DNA of 64,000 nt from an uncultured Thermoplasmatales archaeon (lineage in GTDB: Archaea > Thermoplasmatota > E2 > UBA202 > DSCA01): contig CAZSHJ010000003.1 in the NCBI GenBank assembly GCA_964606745.1, forward strand, positions 4,806-68,805. The letters are read 5' to 3'. This document shows positions 10,939 through 20,817 of this stretch, in pieces (the stretch's first letter is position 1; each line of letters starts with the position of its first letter). Both the position numbers and the translations under genes were made by a program. The notes beneath the pieces are model-generated. The model saw only the letters and a list, made by a program, of their open reading frames with translations, was not told the DNA's origin and searched no databases.

Positions 10939-12315
10939 TTACTTTCCTACAGGTACAACAAACATTGGATCAAAATCATCATCTAGCCCAAGTATGGATA
11001 GGACGGATTCATCGTCTGTCACAGGAAACACATTTGCGGAAAGACCGCATGCTGTTGTTTCTAATAACACGTTATGGGCTGATGACCCTGCTTCAAAATG
11101 CCATACCCATCGTATACTTTCATCCGAAAAGTCATCATGCCATTCTGGTCTTGTGTGATCTATATCCAACACAGAAACGATGGTAAGAGGGGCAGAACTA
11201 ACAGATAAATCAGATGCTTGAGCAATTTCATCTCTCATGTCCCCGTTTGCAACTTTCATCATAAAAGTCATTATTGGAATTCCAAAAAAGTCAACAGGGG
11301 CACTCTTGAGTAACCAATTTATGCTGGTTAGAAGATTAGGGTAGTATCTATAAATGCCAGATTCTGTAATTGCATATATATCAAATGGATAATAACCATG
11401 CCCGCTCGGGACAGTTCGGTGTCTTTTCACCGTATTTGACGAACCACTCTTATCAAGGTAATACGAGAATCCATAGGACGACCAGATTAATTGACTTATC
11501 TCCTGCTCTGTTAACTCACCAGCAAACGATGTCCCCTCGTTTCTTTCTTCTAATGCAGTCGTTAAAGATATATCTGATGCCTCAACTCGTGGAAGCAATG
11601 AAATCCACTGTGGCTTATAGTCAAAATTATATGGGTGTTCTGGGTGACCAAGAGGCATAACAATCTTCCCTTTTTCAGTAGAGGGGACACCCATCTTTCT
11701 ATCTATGGGCGATGTCGGTACCTCTGCTGTAACCACCACCCCTAAATCAATGGCATTCGCCGAGAACTGAATATTCTGATACATCGCCCCGATTTGAGCG
11801 CATCCAATGTTTTCATCGCTCTTGGTTTTATTCCAGACAAGAGCCAATTGGATAGGTGCCTTATATTGCCATCCAACCCCGTCCCTGTAATCTCCTTCCA
11901 TATAAAAAACAAGTGAATGGTTCAATGCATCATATTTGTATACTGTATCCTCTTTTAGAACATAAATCTCTATTGCATAGTTGCCACCAATGTCGTAAAT
12001 AGTTCGTTTTCCATCATCTCTGTATCCACATGCAGACCATAGAATCGTAGATAATTCTTCGTCGGTTACAGGCTCATCGGTAAACTCTCTTACCGACATT
12101 CTCCTGAAAATAGCCTCTTCAAGAGGCATATCAATCGTAAGTGGTGGAGGAAGCATATAGTCCTGTAAAGCAAAGCCTTCTTTTTCTCCACTCATAAAAA
12201 TTGAAGAATTATGTAATCCCATTGTTGGCATGATGGCAAGACTAAAAAAAACTGCTATAACTCCAACAACCAACCTTTTTTTCCATATCGTCTTTCCCAT
12301 TTTTTGCCTCCGCAA
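10939..12315 (-). CDS. Membrane-anchored protein with two nitroreductase/SagB-type dehydrogenase-like domains.
   Basis: 458 aa. An N-terminal hydrophobic anchor is followed by two repeats of the nitroreductase signature: RRMSVREF...LSTILWSACGY + GCAQIGAMYQNIQFSANAIDLG, and LTEQEISQLIWSSYGFSY + GSSAHNVLLETTACGLSANV. It lies 18 bp upstream of the peptidase, in the same orientation. Confidence 0.5.
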   Translation of the reverse strand: MRRQKMGKTIWKKRLVVGVIAVFFSLAIMPTMGLHNSSIFMSGEKEGFALQDYMLPPPLTIDMPLEEAIFRRMSVREFTDEPVTDEELSTILWSACGYRDDGKRTIYDIGGNYAIEIYVLKEDTVYKYDALNHSLVFYMEGDYRDGVGWQYKAPIQLALVWNKTKSDENIGCAQIGAMYQNIQFSANAIDLGVVVTAEVPTSPIDRKMGVPSTEKGKIVMPLGHPEHPYNFDYKPQWISLLPRVEASDISLTTALEERNEGTSFAGELTEQEISQLIWSSYGFSYYLDKSGSSNTVKRHRTVPSGHGYYPFDIYAITESGIYRYYPNLLTSINWLLKSAPVDFFGIPIMTFMMKVANGDMRDEIAQASDLSVSSAPLTIVSVLDIDHTRPEWHDDFSDESIRWVWHFEAGSSAHNVLLETTACGLSANVFPVTDDESVLSILGLDDDFDPMFVVPVGK

Positions 12316-12457
12316 GTATATAATAAAAGTTTATACAAAAACTTTTCTATTGCTTGACGGCGTCATGTTAACATATGAAAGCATATGGAATATTTTGGTG
12401 GATTCGGCAAGTTAAGTCATCGATAAAAACCCCTATATATGCCAATTTTATTGCCAA

Positions 12458-13348
12458 GTGGAGAAAATGAAAATATTTATCGATACGGCAGATTTGAATG
12501 AGATAAAGGAGGCGTATTCATGGGGCGTCGTTGACGGCGTGACGACCAATCCGTCCCTGATAAAAAAGGCGGTTGACGGACTGAAGGTAAGGGGAGAGGT
12601 GGTCACAATGGAGGAATACATAAAAGGAATATGCATTGCCGTCGATGGTCCGGTGAGCCTTGAAGTCAAGGGGGTAAAAGCCGGGGAAATCATAAAAGAA
12701 GCCGAGACACTTTACAAAAAATTCAATTCGGTGAACGGTAATGTCGTAATCAAGGTTCCGGTAAATACTGCAATGTCTGAGGGAGATGGGAATTTCGAGG
12801 GCATAAAGGCAATAAAGCATCTTGAGGGCAAGGGCATTCCTACAAATGCAACGCTTGTAATGTCGGCGGAGCAGGCGCTGATGGCGGCGAAGGCGGGAGC
12901 AAGTTATGCAAGCCCATTTCTAGGCAGGATAGACGATTATATCCGAAAAAATCTGGGCATAGAATTTGGAAAGAGTGATTATCACGGCACCGGGGTAATG
13001 AAAAAAATTGAAACGGCAGAGGCGGTGGAACTGCTGGGGATTAGAGACCCTGCCGATATATATCGTAAATTGTGCGATGCCGAGCTTGGCGACAGTGGGG
13101 TGCACAGCGGTGTGGAGTTTGCAGAGATCATCATGAAAATATACAGGGCTTACAATTTCGGGACAAAGGTTATTGCAGCAAGCATAAGAAATGCCCGTCA
13201 GGTGAGGGAGGTGGCAGAACTGGGTGTAGATATTGCAACAATACCCTTCGGCGTAATAAAGGAGATGATGTCTCACTACAAGACAGTGGAGGGGATGAAG
13301 AAGTTTACAAATGATGTTGTCCCCGAATACAGGGCATTGTTTGAATAG
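12458..13348 (+). CDS. tal: Transaldolase (TalC/FSA-type) carrying a ~55-aa insertion.
   Basis: MKIFIDTADLNEIKEAYSWGVVDGVTTNPSLI and the catalytic-Lys region are present. The protein is 296 aa versus ~215 for a typical short transaldolase. Confidence 0.85.
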   Translation: MEKMKIFIDTADLNEIKEAYSWGVVDGVTTNPSLIKKAVDGLKVRGEVVTMEEYIKGICIAVDGPVSLEVKGVKAGEIIKEAETLYKKFNSVNGNVVIKVPVNTAMSEGDGNFEGIKAIKHLEGKGIPTNATLVMSAEQALMAAKAGASYASPFLGRIDDYIRKNLGIEFGKSDYHGTGVMKKIETAEAVELLGIRDPADIYRKLCDAELGDSGVHSGVEFAEIIMKIYRAYNFGTKVIAASIRNARQVREVAELGVDIATIPFGVIKEMMSHYKTVEGMKKFTNDVVPEYRALFE

Positions 13349-13375
13349 AATTTGTAAATTGGCAAAAATAAAGAC

Positions 13376-14197
13376 ATGTATTCTGAGAATAGCAATGCAT
13401 ATTTACCTCTCTCTTATTCTTCTATCATGCCCCTGCGTATTTGCATTATTGACAAAATAGTCAATAACACCTCGATTCACAAGACATTTTATTTTGAGGA
13501 TAGGGAATGCAGGAAGGCAAATCCCGGGCAATTTGTGATGGTCTGGGTGCCCGGAGTGGACGAAATGCCGATGTCCCTCTCTTGCATACGGGAAAGGCAG
13601 GCTGTCACTGTTGAGGTGAAGGGAGAGGGAACAAAAAGTATGCATGAAATGGAAGAAGGGGATAAAATAGGCATAAGTGGTCCGTATGGAAAAGGCTTTT
13701 TCATTCGTGGGAACAAACCCCTGTTTATTGCAGGTGGTACCGGCATCGCTCCTTTATTTCCTTTGGTAGAAGCGGCAAATAGTGGGGGAACAGTCATTAT
13801 GGGGGCCCGCACTGCTTCTCTCTTACTTTTTGAGAAAGAACTGAAAAACATGGATGTAGATTTATATATATCAACGGATGACGGCTCGAAAGGACGCAGG
13901 GGATTTGCCACGGATATACTTGAAGAAATGGTCGGTGAGGGATTCGACATGGTCTATACATGTGGACCGGAAATAATGATGAAGAAGGTGCTTGACTTAT
14001 GTATGAAAAACAGCGTCCCCATGCAGGCAAGCCTTGAGAGATATATGAAATGTGGAATCGGTATATGCGGTTCATGTGCAATCGACGGCTATCATGTCTG
14101 CAGGGACGGTCCCGTCTTTGAGGGCAACATTCTGTCAAAAATGGATGATTTCGGAAAATGGAAGAGAGACGAGGCAGGAAAGCAGGTGAGTATATAG
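13376..14197 (+). CDS. PyrK-like FAD/NAD-binding oxidoreductase with a C-terminal 2Fe-2S cluster (dihydroorotate dehydrogenase electron-transfer subunit family). The true start is probably near 13427.
   Basis: PGQFVMVWVPG, GGTGIAP and a C-terminal CGIGICGSCAIDGYHVC cysteine cluster are present. No adjacent pyrD was found. Confidence 0.7.
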   Translation: MYSENSNAYLPLSYSSIMPLRICIIDKIVNNTSIHKTFYFEDRECRKANPGQFVMVWVPGVDEMPMSLSCIRERQAVTVEVKGEGTKSMHEMEEGDKIGISGPYGKGFFIRGNKPLFIAGGTGIAPLFPLVEAANSGGTVIMGARTASLLLFEKELKNMDVDLYISTDDGSKGRRGFATDILEEMVGEGFDMVYTCGPEIMMKKVLDLCMKNSVPMQASLERYMKCGIGICGSCAIDGYHVCRDGPVFEGNILSKMDDFGKWKRDEAGKQVSI

Positions 14198-14201
14198 TGC
14201 T

Positions 14202-14399
14202 TCAATTCTTTCCGTAGATTTCTATGAATTTTTCTATGCTTCTGTCGTATGTCGCCTCGACATCGTCTGGAAACAGGCATGCCGGTAGCTCGCGCCTGCT
14301 CCAGTGATAGCGTATGCATTCGCAACATTTTCCCTTCCTGTTGCACGGTTCCCAGGTGCAGTTGCAGTTCCGAAGATTTCTGTCTCTATCGCATTCCAT
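14202..14399 (-). CDS. Small cysteine-rich protein, probably metal-binding.
   Basis: 65 aa with [21 protein letters not shown]. It overlaps the upstream NUDIX gene by 14 bp. Confidence 0.4.
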   Translation of the reverse strand: MECDRDRNLRNCNCTWEPCNRKGKCCECIRYHWSRRELPACLFPDDVEATYDRSIEKFIEIYGKN

Positions 14400-14841
14400 G
14401 CCTGACCATATGCACGGCGTCTTTTATAATCTTGTCATGGTCGAAAGCTAGCGGCGGCAGGTCGTCCAAATCAAAAAATTTTGCTTCCAGTGCGTCATCG
14501 TTTCCCCTAGGCGTTTCTCCTCCAGTGGAAACAAAGTAAACAACGGATACAGTATGTCCCCTTGGATCCCTTTCCGGATCCGAGTAGACCCCTACCAGCT
14601 TTTCTACGGCTGTTCTAAGCCCTGTTTCCTCCTCCGCCTCCCGCACCACCGCCTCCTCCACCGTTTCGCCATATTCAACGAAGCCCCCGGGCAATGCCCA
14701 CTGCCCTCTGAACGGCTCGTTTTTCCGCCGTATGAGCAGAATCTTTTCGTCCTTGATAATCACGCCATCGACTGTGAGCTTCGGATTTTTGTACTCCATG
14801 AAATGCAATATATTTGCCAATAAAAATGCATTGGCTGTCAA
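14386..14841 (-). CDS. NUDIX hydrolase.
   Basis: Nudix box [24 protein letters not shown]. Confidence 0.85.
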   Translation of the reverse strand: MTANAFLLANILHFMEYKNPKLTVDGVIIKDEKILLIRRKNEPFRGQWALPGGFVEYGETVEEAVVREAEEETGLRTAVEKLVGVYSDPERDPRGHTVSVVYFVSTGGETPRGNDDALEAKFFDLDDLPPLAFDHDKIIKDAVHMVRHGMR

Positions 14842-14989
14842 AAATAGGGCAATAAATGCATCGTTCGCTCAATTGGAGCGGGATAAACAAGTATGTTAAA
14901 TACGCAAGTTATATAAATATACTTTATATACTTACGATACTACTTGTGCTACTCAGAACATTTTATATACAACCGGCATATACAGTATC

Positions 14990-15691
14990 ATGGAAAAAGA
15001 AAATTTTGATGAGAAAAAAGATAAGGAAGAGGGCTCGGAAGAAAAAGATGCAGAAAATGCAGAGATGAAAAATATTAAAATTTCCATGCTAGTAAAAAAC
15101 TACCTTGACAGTCAAGGCCAAAAAGGGGAAACGTACAATTCTTTATTGAAGAGGCTTTTAAAAATATCTTCTGAGGGAAGATACAGCGATTTGGAGGAAA
15201 AAATCACAAAGTGTACAGAGAGTAACAAAATAATAGTGTGGAAAATCAGACAAAATGATTATCGTAATATTGCCAAATTTATTTACAACTTTGGCTATGA
15301 AGATGATGACGTAAAAGTAGATATAAGAGAGTTTCAGAAGGGCTGGGGAAACGGTCTTTATTACAGTGTGAACGGTATAACATTCGCTAAGATATTGCCG
15401 CAATATGAGAGTGTGATGGTAGGATGGATTATCGAAGAAAAAGGTAAATTAGTTTGGGGCGGGATGTGTACGCTAAAAGAAATGGATGATTTTGATACCC
15501 ATTTTTATAACCGCTATTCGGAGAAGATAAGAGAAGCTTATTACCTCGCAAAAAAGATAGCAAATGGATTGGGTGATAAGTATATCACTCTCAATAATAA
15601 GATGGCAACGATAGAGGAATCCATTAGAAAAATTCAGGATGAATTAAAAACAATAAAAAAGAAAACAATAAAAAAGAAAGAAGGAAGTTAA
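14990..15691 (+). CDS. Hypothetical protein; first gene of an AT-rich cluster.
   Basis: 233 aa with an acidic/lysine-rich N-terminus and no recognisable motif. Confidence 0.4.
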   Translation: MEKENFDEKKDKEEGSEEKDAENAEMKNIKISMLVKNYLDSQGQKGETYNSLLKRLLKISSEGRYSDLEEKITKCTESNKIIVWKIRQNDYRNIAKFIYNFGYEDDDVKVDIREFQKGWGNGLYYSVNGITFAKILPQYESVMVGWIIEEKGKLVWGGMCTLKEMDDFDTHFYNRYSEKIREAYYLAKKIANGLGDKYITLNNKMATIEESIRKIQDELKTIKKKTIKKKEGS

Positions 15692-15692
15692 A

Positions 15693-16451
15693 ATGAAAGA
15701 AATAACATTGGAAGTTTCTGAAGCACTTTCAGAAGATGTGGGATCAGGAAGGGCAAGATTGGATGATAGGACAAGAATAGAGCTTGACATAACCCCCGGC
15801 GATATAATAGAAATAGAAGGTAGTCAGAAAACATCGGCAGTTGTATGGAAAGTCCGCCATATAAATGAAGGAAAAGGAATAATCAGGATAGACAATCTTA
15901 CCAGAAAGAACGCTGGAATTGAAATAGGGGACAAGGTAATAGTTAGGAAAATAGTTCCCAAAACAGCAAAAAAAGTGGTAATGTTTCCGATAATTCCTGA
16001 GGGACAGAAAATCCAATTCGGACAGGATATAGAACATCTTGTTAAAAGAGGACTGCTGAATAGGACCGTGAGTATGGGAGACACAATCGTTGCACCCGGT
16101 ATAGCCCTATTCGGGAATAGTTTACTTTTCTCTGTATACTATACAAAACCAAGAGGAATTGTAGTTATTGGAGAAGAAACAGTTGTTGTTGTTAATAAGG
16201 ATCCTGTAGAATATCCATTCCAAATATCTGGGAAAGACGAAATTAAGATTTTGGAGAATTTTATCAAGGAAAACCCAAAATTAGATAAAAATGTAATAGT
16301 GGCAATACAACAATTAATTCCTATCATAAAACGCCTAAAAGAAGTGAGGGAAGGTGCAGAAAGAATAAAAAAGGATTCTATTGATTTATGTACCAGAATG
16401 GATATGCTATTAGAAGCATTAGGCTATTCGGAGGATGATAAAGATGAATAG
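15693..16451 (+). CDS. Stand-alone CDC48/VAT N-terminal-domain protein (double-psi barrel plus beta-clam). No AAA ATPase domain is present.
   Basis: The N-terminus EVSEALSEDVGSGRARLDDRTRIELDITPGDIIEIEG...GKGIIRIDNLTRKNAGIEIGDKVIVRK closely matches the VAT-N/CDC48-N consensus. There is no Walker A/B. Confidence 0.55.
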   Translation: MKEITLEVSEALSEDVGSGRARLDDRTRIELDITPGDIIEIEGSQKTSAVVWKVRHINEGKGIIRIDNLTRKNAGIEIGDKVIVRKIVPKTAKKVVMFPIIPEGQKIQFGQDIEHLVKRGLLNRTVSMGDTIVAPGIALFGNSLLFSVYYTKPRGIVVIGEETVVVVNKDPVEYPFQISGKDEIKILENFIKENPKLDKNVIVAIQQLIPIIKRLKEVREGAERIKKDSIDLCTRMDMLLEALGYSEDDKDE

Positions 16452-16830
16452 TGCAGATAAGTTTGAATTTTTTGCATCCGAGAAAAGGAAAGAAAGCAAA
16501 CCCAAAGATTTTTTATCCGAGATGGCAGATAAAACAGAAATAGTTATACTAAAAAATATTAAAAAACAGTTAAAACTTGCAGGTATGTCAAATTGGATTT
16601 TAATGTATTATGGTAAGTTGCTTTCGTTACTTATGGATGAAGTCCCTCACAATTATGAAAGAGTTTTTCTCGAACCAGAAGAATTAGCCAATAATAAAGA
16701 GAAACTAGAAATGATAAAAGAGAATCTGTCCCTTATTATGGTAAGTTGTATAGGCGTGGCGAAAACCCTTAAAATAGACTTACATAATCCTATTGTGGAA
16801 ACATTGAAAAGAATTGAGGAGGATTGTTAA
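16435..16830 (+). CDS. Hypothetical protein.
   Basis: 131-aa ORF overlapping the upstream gene by 17 bp, in the same operon. Confidence 0.35.
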   Translation: MIKMNSADKFEFFASEKRKESKPKDFLSEMADKTEIVILKNIKKQLKLAGMSNWILMYYGKLLSLLMDEVPHNYERVFLEPEELANNKEKLEMIKENLSLIMVSCIGVAKTLKIDLHNPIVETLKRIEEDC

Positions 16831-16935
16831 GTTGCTTGGGTTTGGTCATATAAGGTGGTATCATATCGAGAAAAGCAGGTTTAAGCAAAAGAGCAAGGAA
16901 GAACTCAGTAAAAGAGGTATTAGATTATTTAGAGG

Positions 16936-17262
16936 GTGAAAATAATGGATGATAATGACAGAAAATTTTTTACAGAAGAAAAGAAAAGAATAATAGGAAT
17001 TTACAAGGCATGTGAGGAAGAGCAGGAAAGATTATCCAAAGAAAAGGAAATTCGCTCTGAACTGAATATTGACAGGCTTGTAGATAATGAGCGTTACAGG
17101 GGTGAATCAAAAAACTTCTATGGGGCGCTTGGTGATAATTCGCATTTTTATAGAGGGGGATTCAAAATAGAGGACGGACAATTCATTGAGCAAATAAAAG
17201 CAGGGTTGGCAAGGGAACTCGTGGGGATAATAGAGGAAGAACTTGAGTTGGAGGAAAGATGA
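16936..17262 (+). CDS. Hypothetical protein.
   Basis: 108-aa ORF overlapping the mre11 start by 4 bp. Confidence 0.35.
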   Translation: MKIMDDNDRKFFTEEKKRIIGIYKACEEEQERLSKEKEIRSELNIDRLVDNERYRGESKNFYGALGDNSHFYRGGFKIEDGQFIEQIKAGLARELVGIIEEELELEER

Positions 17263-18362
17263 AAGTTCTTCACGTGGCTGACACACACATCGGCTATTCG
17301 ACGTACCACAAAGTTGACGAGAACGGGCTGAACCAGCGAGAGATGGATGTGTATGATGCCTTCAGGCAGTTTGTGGACTATGCGGTTGAGAAAAAGCCCG
17401 ACCTGATTGTTCATGCCGGAGATTTGTTTGATACAGTCCGTCCCACCAACAGAGCGATATCATTCACTCTCCAACAGCTCATCCGCATATCTAACGAGGG
17501 CATACCCATGGTGATAATATCCGGAAACCACGAAACGCCCAAGTTGAGAGAAACGGGCAGCGTATTCCGTATTTTCGAGCATCTTGACGGCATATATCCC
17601 GTATACAAGGGGAAATACGAGAAATATGAATTCGGAGATGTAATGGTTCATGCAATTCCCCACTGCAGCACAGGCGATGATTTGAGGAGAAACATAGAAG
17701 ATATGGATGCGAAAGAGGGTGTTTTCAACATCCTGATGCTGCATGTCGGCGTTGCCGGCATAAAGGAATTCCGCACGGGTGACTTCAACGAGCAGGTGGT
17801 GCCGAGCGGCTGCCTGTCCCCTGATTTCGATTACATCGCACTGGGGCACTATCACAAAAAGACGAGGGTGACGGACAATGCATATTATTCGGGTTCGACG
17901 GAACACCTGTCCTTCAAGGAGGCGGGCGGGGAAAAGGGTTTTTTCGAGATGGATACCTCCACCGGTAGGGCAACCTTCATTCCGTTAAAAGTAAGGGCCA
18001 TGGTGGATACGGGCATTATAGACTGTGCCTCCATGTCATCGGACAAGATAACGGGCGAAATAATGGAAAGGCTTAAAAATACGGGCACGGAGGGAAAAGT
18101 GCTGAAAGTGACATTGAAGGGAATGAACAGGAGCACGTACAAGGGGCTGAACTTTCACGAAATCAGAAATGTCGCATCGGATGCGCTCCACTTCGAGCTT
18201 TCCTATGAACTAAAGGAGATGGAGCAGGAGGTGGCAGGGGAGGGGAGCATCGGCTCACTTATAGAAGAATGGAAGGAATATCTGTCCGGCATCGCCATAG
18301 AAGGAGATAGGGATGCAATAGAAGGAATGGCCATGAAGTACCTCTCGGAGGTGAGCGGTTGA
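17259..18362 (+). CDS. mre11: Mre11 double-strand-break repair nuclease.
   Basis: Phosphoesterase motifs HVADTHIGY, GDLFD and GNHE are present. The stop overlaps the rad50 start. Confidence 0.9.
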   Translation: MKVLHVADTHIGYSTYHKVDENGLNQREMDVYDAFRQFVDYAVEKKPDLIVHAGDLFDTVRPTNRAISFTLQQLIRISNEGIPMVIISGNHETPKLRETGSVFRIFEHLDGIYPVYKGKYEKYEFGDVMVHAIPHCSTGDDLRRNIEDMDAKEGVFNILMLHVGVAGIKEFRTGDFNEQVVPSGCLSPDFDYIALGHYHKKTRVTDNAYYSGSTEHLSFKEAGGEKGFFEMDTSTGRATFIPLKVRAMVDTGIIDCASMSSDKITGEIMERLKNTGTEGKVLKVTLKGMNRSTYKGLNFHEIRNVASDALHFELSYELKEMEQEVAGEGSIGSLIEEWKEYLSGIAIEGDRDAIEGMAMKYLSEVSG

Positions 18363-20767
18363 AGCTTCTATCCATTGTGCTTCACAACTACAGGAAATTC
18401 CAGCATGTCGAGATTATCTTCCCTGACGGCATCACGGCAATCATAGGCAACAACGGCTCGGGGAAATCGACAATCATAGAAGCCGTGGGATGGGCGATAT
18501 ACGGTAGTAAGGTTGCCCGCACCAACAAAGAAGGCATAAGAAGACAGAGTGCAAGTCCCAACGAGGAATGCTGGGCCCGGCTGACGTTTGAGCTCGGGGG
18601 AGATGTGTACGAGGTTACTAGGATGATGACCCCGTCTTTCTCGGCCGATGCAAACGTCAAGGTGAATGGGTTGGTGGCAGCCTCCTCCGCCACCGGCGCC
18701 ACCCGGCTGCTGGAGAAGAGGATAGGAATGGATTACGATGCCTTTTTCACCTCGCTGGTCGCCCGGCAGAAGGAGATAAATGCACTTTCGAGCAGGACAC
18801 CGGGGGAAAGGAAGAAGAGCATGCTCAGGATGCTGAAAATCGATGCCATCGAGGATGCGGTGAGGAAGGTGAGGGATGACCGAAAGGGGAAGGAGAATGT
18901 CGTGGAGGCGATGGAAGGCACTCTTAAGGACATGGATGAACTCAAAAAGGGCATGGATGAAAGCAGGGCAAAAAAAGAGAGTCTGGCGTTAAGACTGCAT
19001 GAAACGGAGGACAAAATTTCGTTGCTTGAGGGGGAGGTCGGGGAGCTGGAAGTCAGGAGAGAGGCGGAGAAGAAGAAAGCCGAGAGGTATAACGAGCTGG
19101 AAAGAGAGAAGGTGCTGGTTGGTGAGAGGGCAGAGTCGAAAAGAAGGCAGATGGAGGAAAAGGAAAAAGAGAGGATTTCACTCACGAAAAAAAGGATACG
19201 GTACGGGGAGATAGAGCCGTTGGAAAAAGAGTATGATGCCCTAAAAAAAGAAAAAGAGCACATGGAAGGCATGAGGGAAAAATACCTTTCGGTCAAGAAG
19301 TTAAGGGAGGATATAACCGGCTTTCGGAAGGAGACGGAGGGGATGGATAAAACCATTGTAACTCTCGAGGAAAGGTTGAAGGAAAGGGAAAAGATAGGAA
19401 AAGAAGCGAGGGAGCTGGAAGTCGGACAGAGAGAAATCACGGACAAAAAGGAGAAAATAAAAAGTTCGATAAGGATAAAGGTTTTTCAGATAAAGGCATC
19501 GGAAGAGAAAATAGAGGCGACCGAAAAGGAGAGGAAAAAAATAGAGGAAATGGGACCCGACAGCAGCTGTCCCACATGCGGCAGGCCTCTAGAAGGGCAT
19601 TATGGTAAAATTATCAAGAATTTTGCGGAAAAGGCGGAGGGTGAACGAAAAAATATCGAAGCGCTCGGGGCGGAGCAGCGCTCACTTAAGGATGAGCTTG
19701 AGGGGCTGGATGCCGAGGAAGAAGCGTTGAAAAAAAGGATGGACGGGGCAATAAAACTTATGGAAGAGATAAAGGAGAATGAACAGAGATTGGGACATGT
19801 ATTGGAGACTAAAAAGGAAAGGGAGGCAAAGGTAGGGCAGATTGAAGGCAAAATTGCCGGGATGGGAAAGGTGGAATTTGACGAGAAAATATACGGGGGG
19901 TATGGGGAAAAACTCGGGGAACTGATGCCGGTAAAAGAGGATATAATCGTTCTCAGGAACGAAATCAAGAGACTGCCCGAGGTGGAGGGTACCATCTCGC
20001 AGTTGAAAATCGATATGGAATTGCTTGACAAGAGGGCGGAGGGTATAGCCCGGGAAATCAAGGAACTGGATTTCGATAAACAGAGATACGAGGCAATCGA
20101 GAAAAAATACGAGGAAAAAAGAAAGGAGATGCAGGGAATGAGGGAGGGACGGGTGCGGCTGGAGGGGGAGATAAAGCAGGCAAAATTGGATTTGGAACGA
20201 CTTGAAAAAGACATGAAGGAACAGAGGGAAGCGAGGGGAAAAATAAAGGCATTGAGAAGGGAGATACAACAGCTTGAGACACTTGCGGGCGACCGCGATT
20301 CCGGTCTTCTCAATGATTTCAGGAGATATTTGATTTCAAAGATAGGGCCGGTGCTTTCATATCATGCTTCAAACTTCTTCAACGTATTTACGGGGGGAAA
20401 ATACAGCCAGATGGAGATAGACGACAATTATGATATATTTATCTACGACAACGGGGAAAAGTTCGCCATCAACCGTTTTTCCGGGGGGGAGGAGGATCTG
20501 GCAAATTTGTCCCTGCGTCTTGCAATCTCCCAGATTATAGCCCAGCGCGCCGGCAATCTTGAATTCAATTTCATAGTGCTTGACGAAATATTCGGTTCGC
20601 AGGACAACGAGAGGAGGGCAAACGTACTGAATACCCTGGGAGAGTTGTCTCACCAGTTCCGTCAGGTCATACTCATAACCCACATAGAGGAGATAAAGGA
20701 CGGTATGCAGTACGTCATAAAAACCTTTGAGGACGAGGAGGGTATATCTCATGTGAGGGTGGAATAA
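18359..20767 (+). CDS. rad50: Rad50 SMC-like ATPase with a zinc hook.
   Basis: Walker A GNNGSGKST, a long coiled coil, the CPTCGRPL zinc hook, and the C-terminal signature FSGGEEDLANLSLRLA followed by a D-loop. Confidence 0.9.
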   Translation: MKLLSIVLHNYRKFQHVEIIFPDGITAIIGNNGSGKSTIIEAVGWAIYGSKVARTNKEGIRRQSASPNEECWARLTFELGGDVYEVTRMMTPSFSADANVKVNGLVAASSATGATRLLEKRIGMDYDAFFTSLVARQKEINALSSRTPGERKKSMLRMLKIDAIEDAVRKVRDDRKGKENVVEAMEGTLKDMDELKKGMDESRAKKESLALRLHETEDKISLLEGEVGELEVRREAEKKKAERYNELEREKVLVGERAESKRRQMEEKEKERISLTKKRIRYGEIEPLEKEYDALKKEKEHMEGMREKYLSVKKLREDITGFRKETEGMDKTIVTLEERLKEREKIGKEARELEVGQREITDKKEKIKSSIRIKVFQIKASEEKIEATEKERKKIEEMGPDSSCPTCGRPLEGHYGKIIKNFAEKAEGERKNIEALGAEQRSLKDELEGLDAEEEALKKRMDGAIKLMEEIKENEQRLGHVLETKKEREAKVGQIEGKIAGMGKVEFDEKIYGGYGEKLGELMPVKEDIIVLRNEIKRLPEVEGTISQLKIDMELLDKRAEGIAREIKELDFDKQRYEAIEKKYEEKRKEMQGMREGRVRLEGEIKQAKLDLERLEKDMKEQREARGKIKALRREIQQLETLAGDRDSGLLNDFRRYLISKIGPVLSYHASNFFNVFTGGKYSQMEIDDNYDIFIYDNGEKFAINRFSGGEEDLANLSLRLAISQIIAQRAGNLEFNFIVLDEIFGSQDNERRANVLNTLGELSHQFRQVILITHIEEIKDGMQYVIKTFEDEEGISHVRVE

Positions 20768-20817
20768 TATAACAGGCATAACAGAAAATATTAAATCCAG
20801 CACTTAATACAATCTCA

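Noticed and set aside
18388-20803. Long antisense and alternative-frame ORFs inside rad50, up to 237 aa and Ser/Phe-rich.
   Set aside because: They lie wholly within a confidently identified Rad50 gene, opposite its purine-rich Lys/Glu coiled-coil codons. Composition is low-complexity and no motifs are present.
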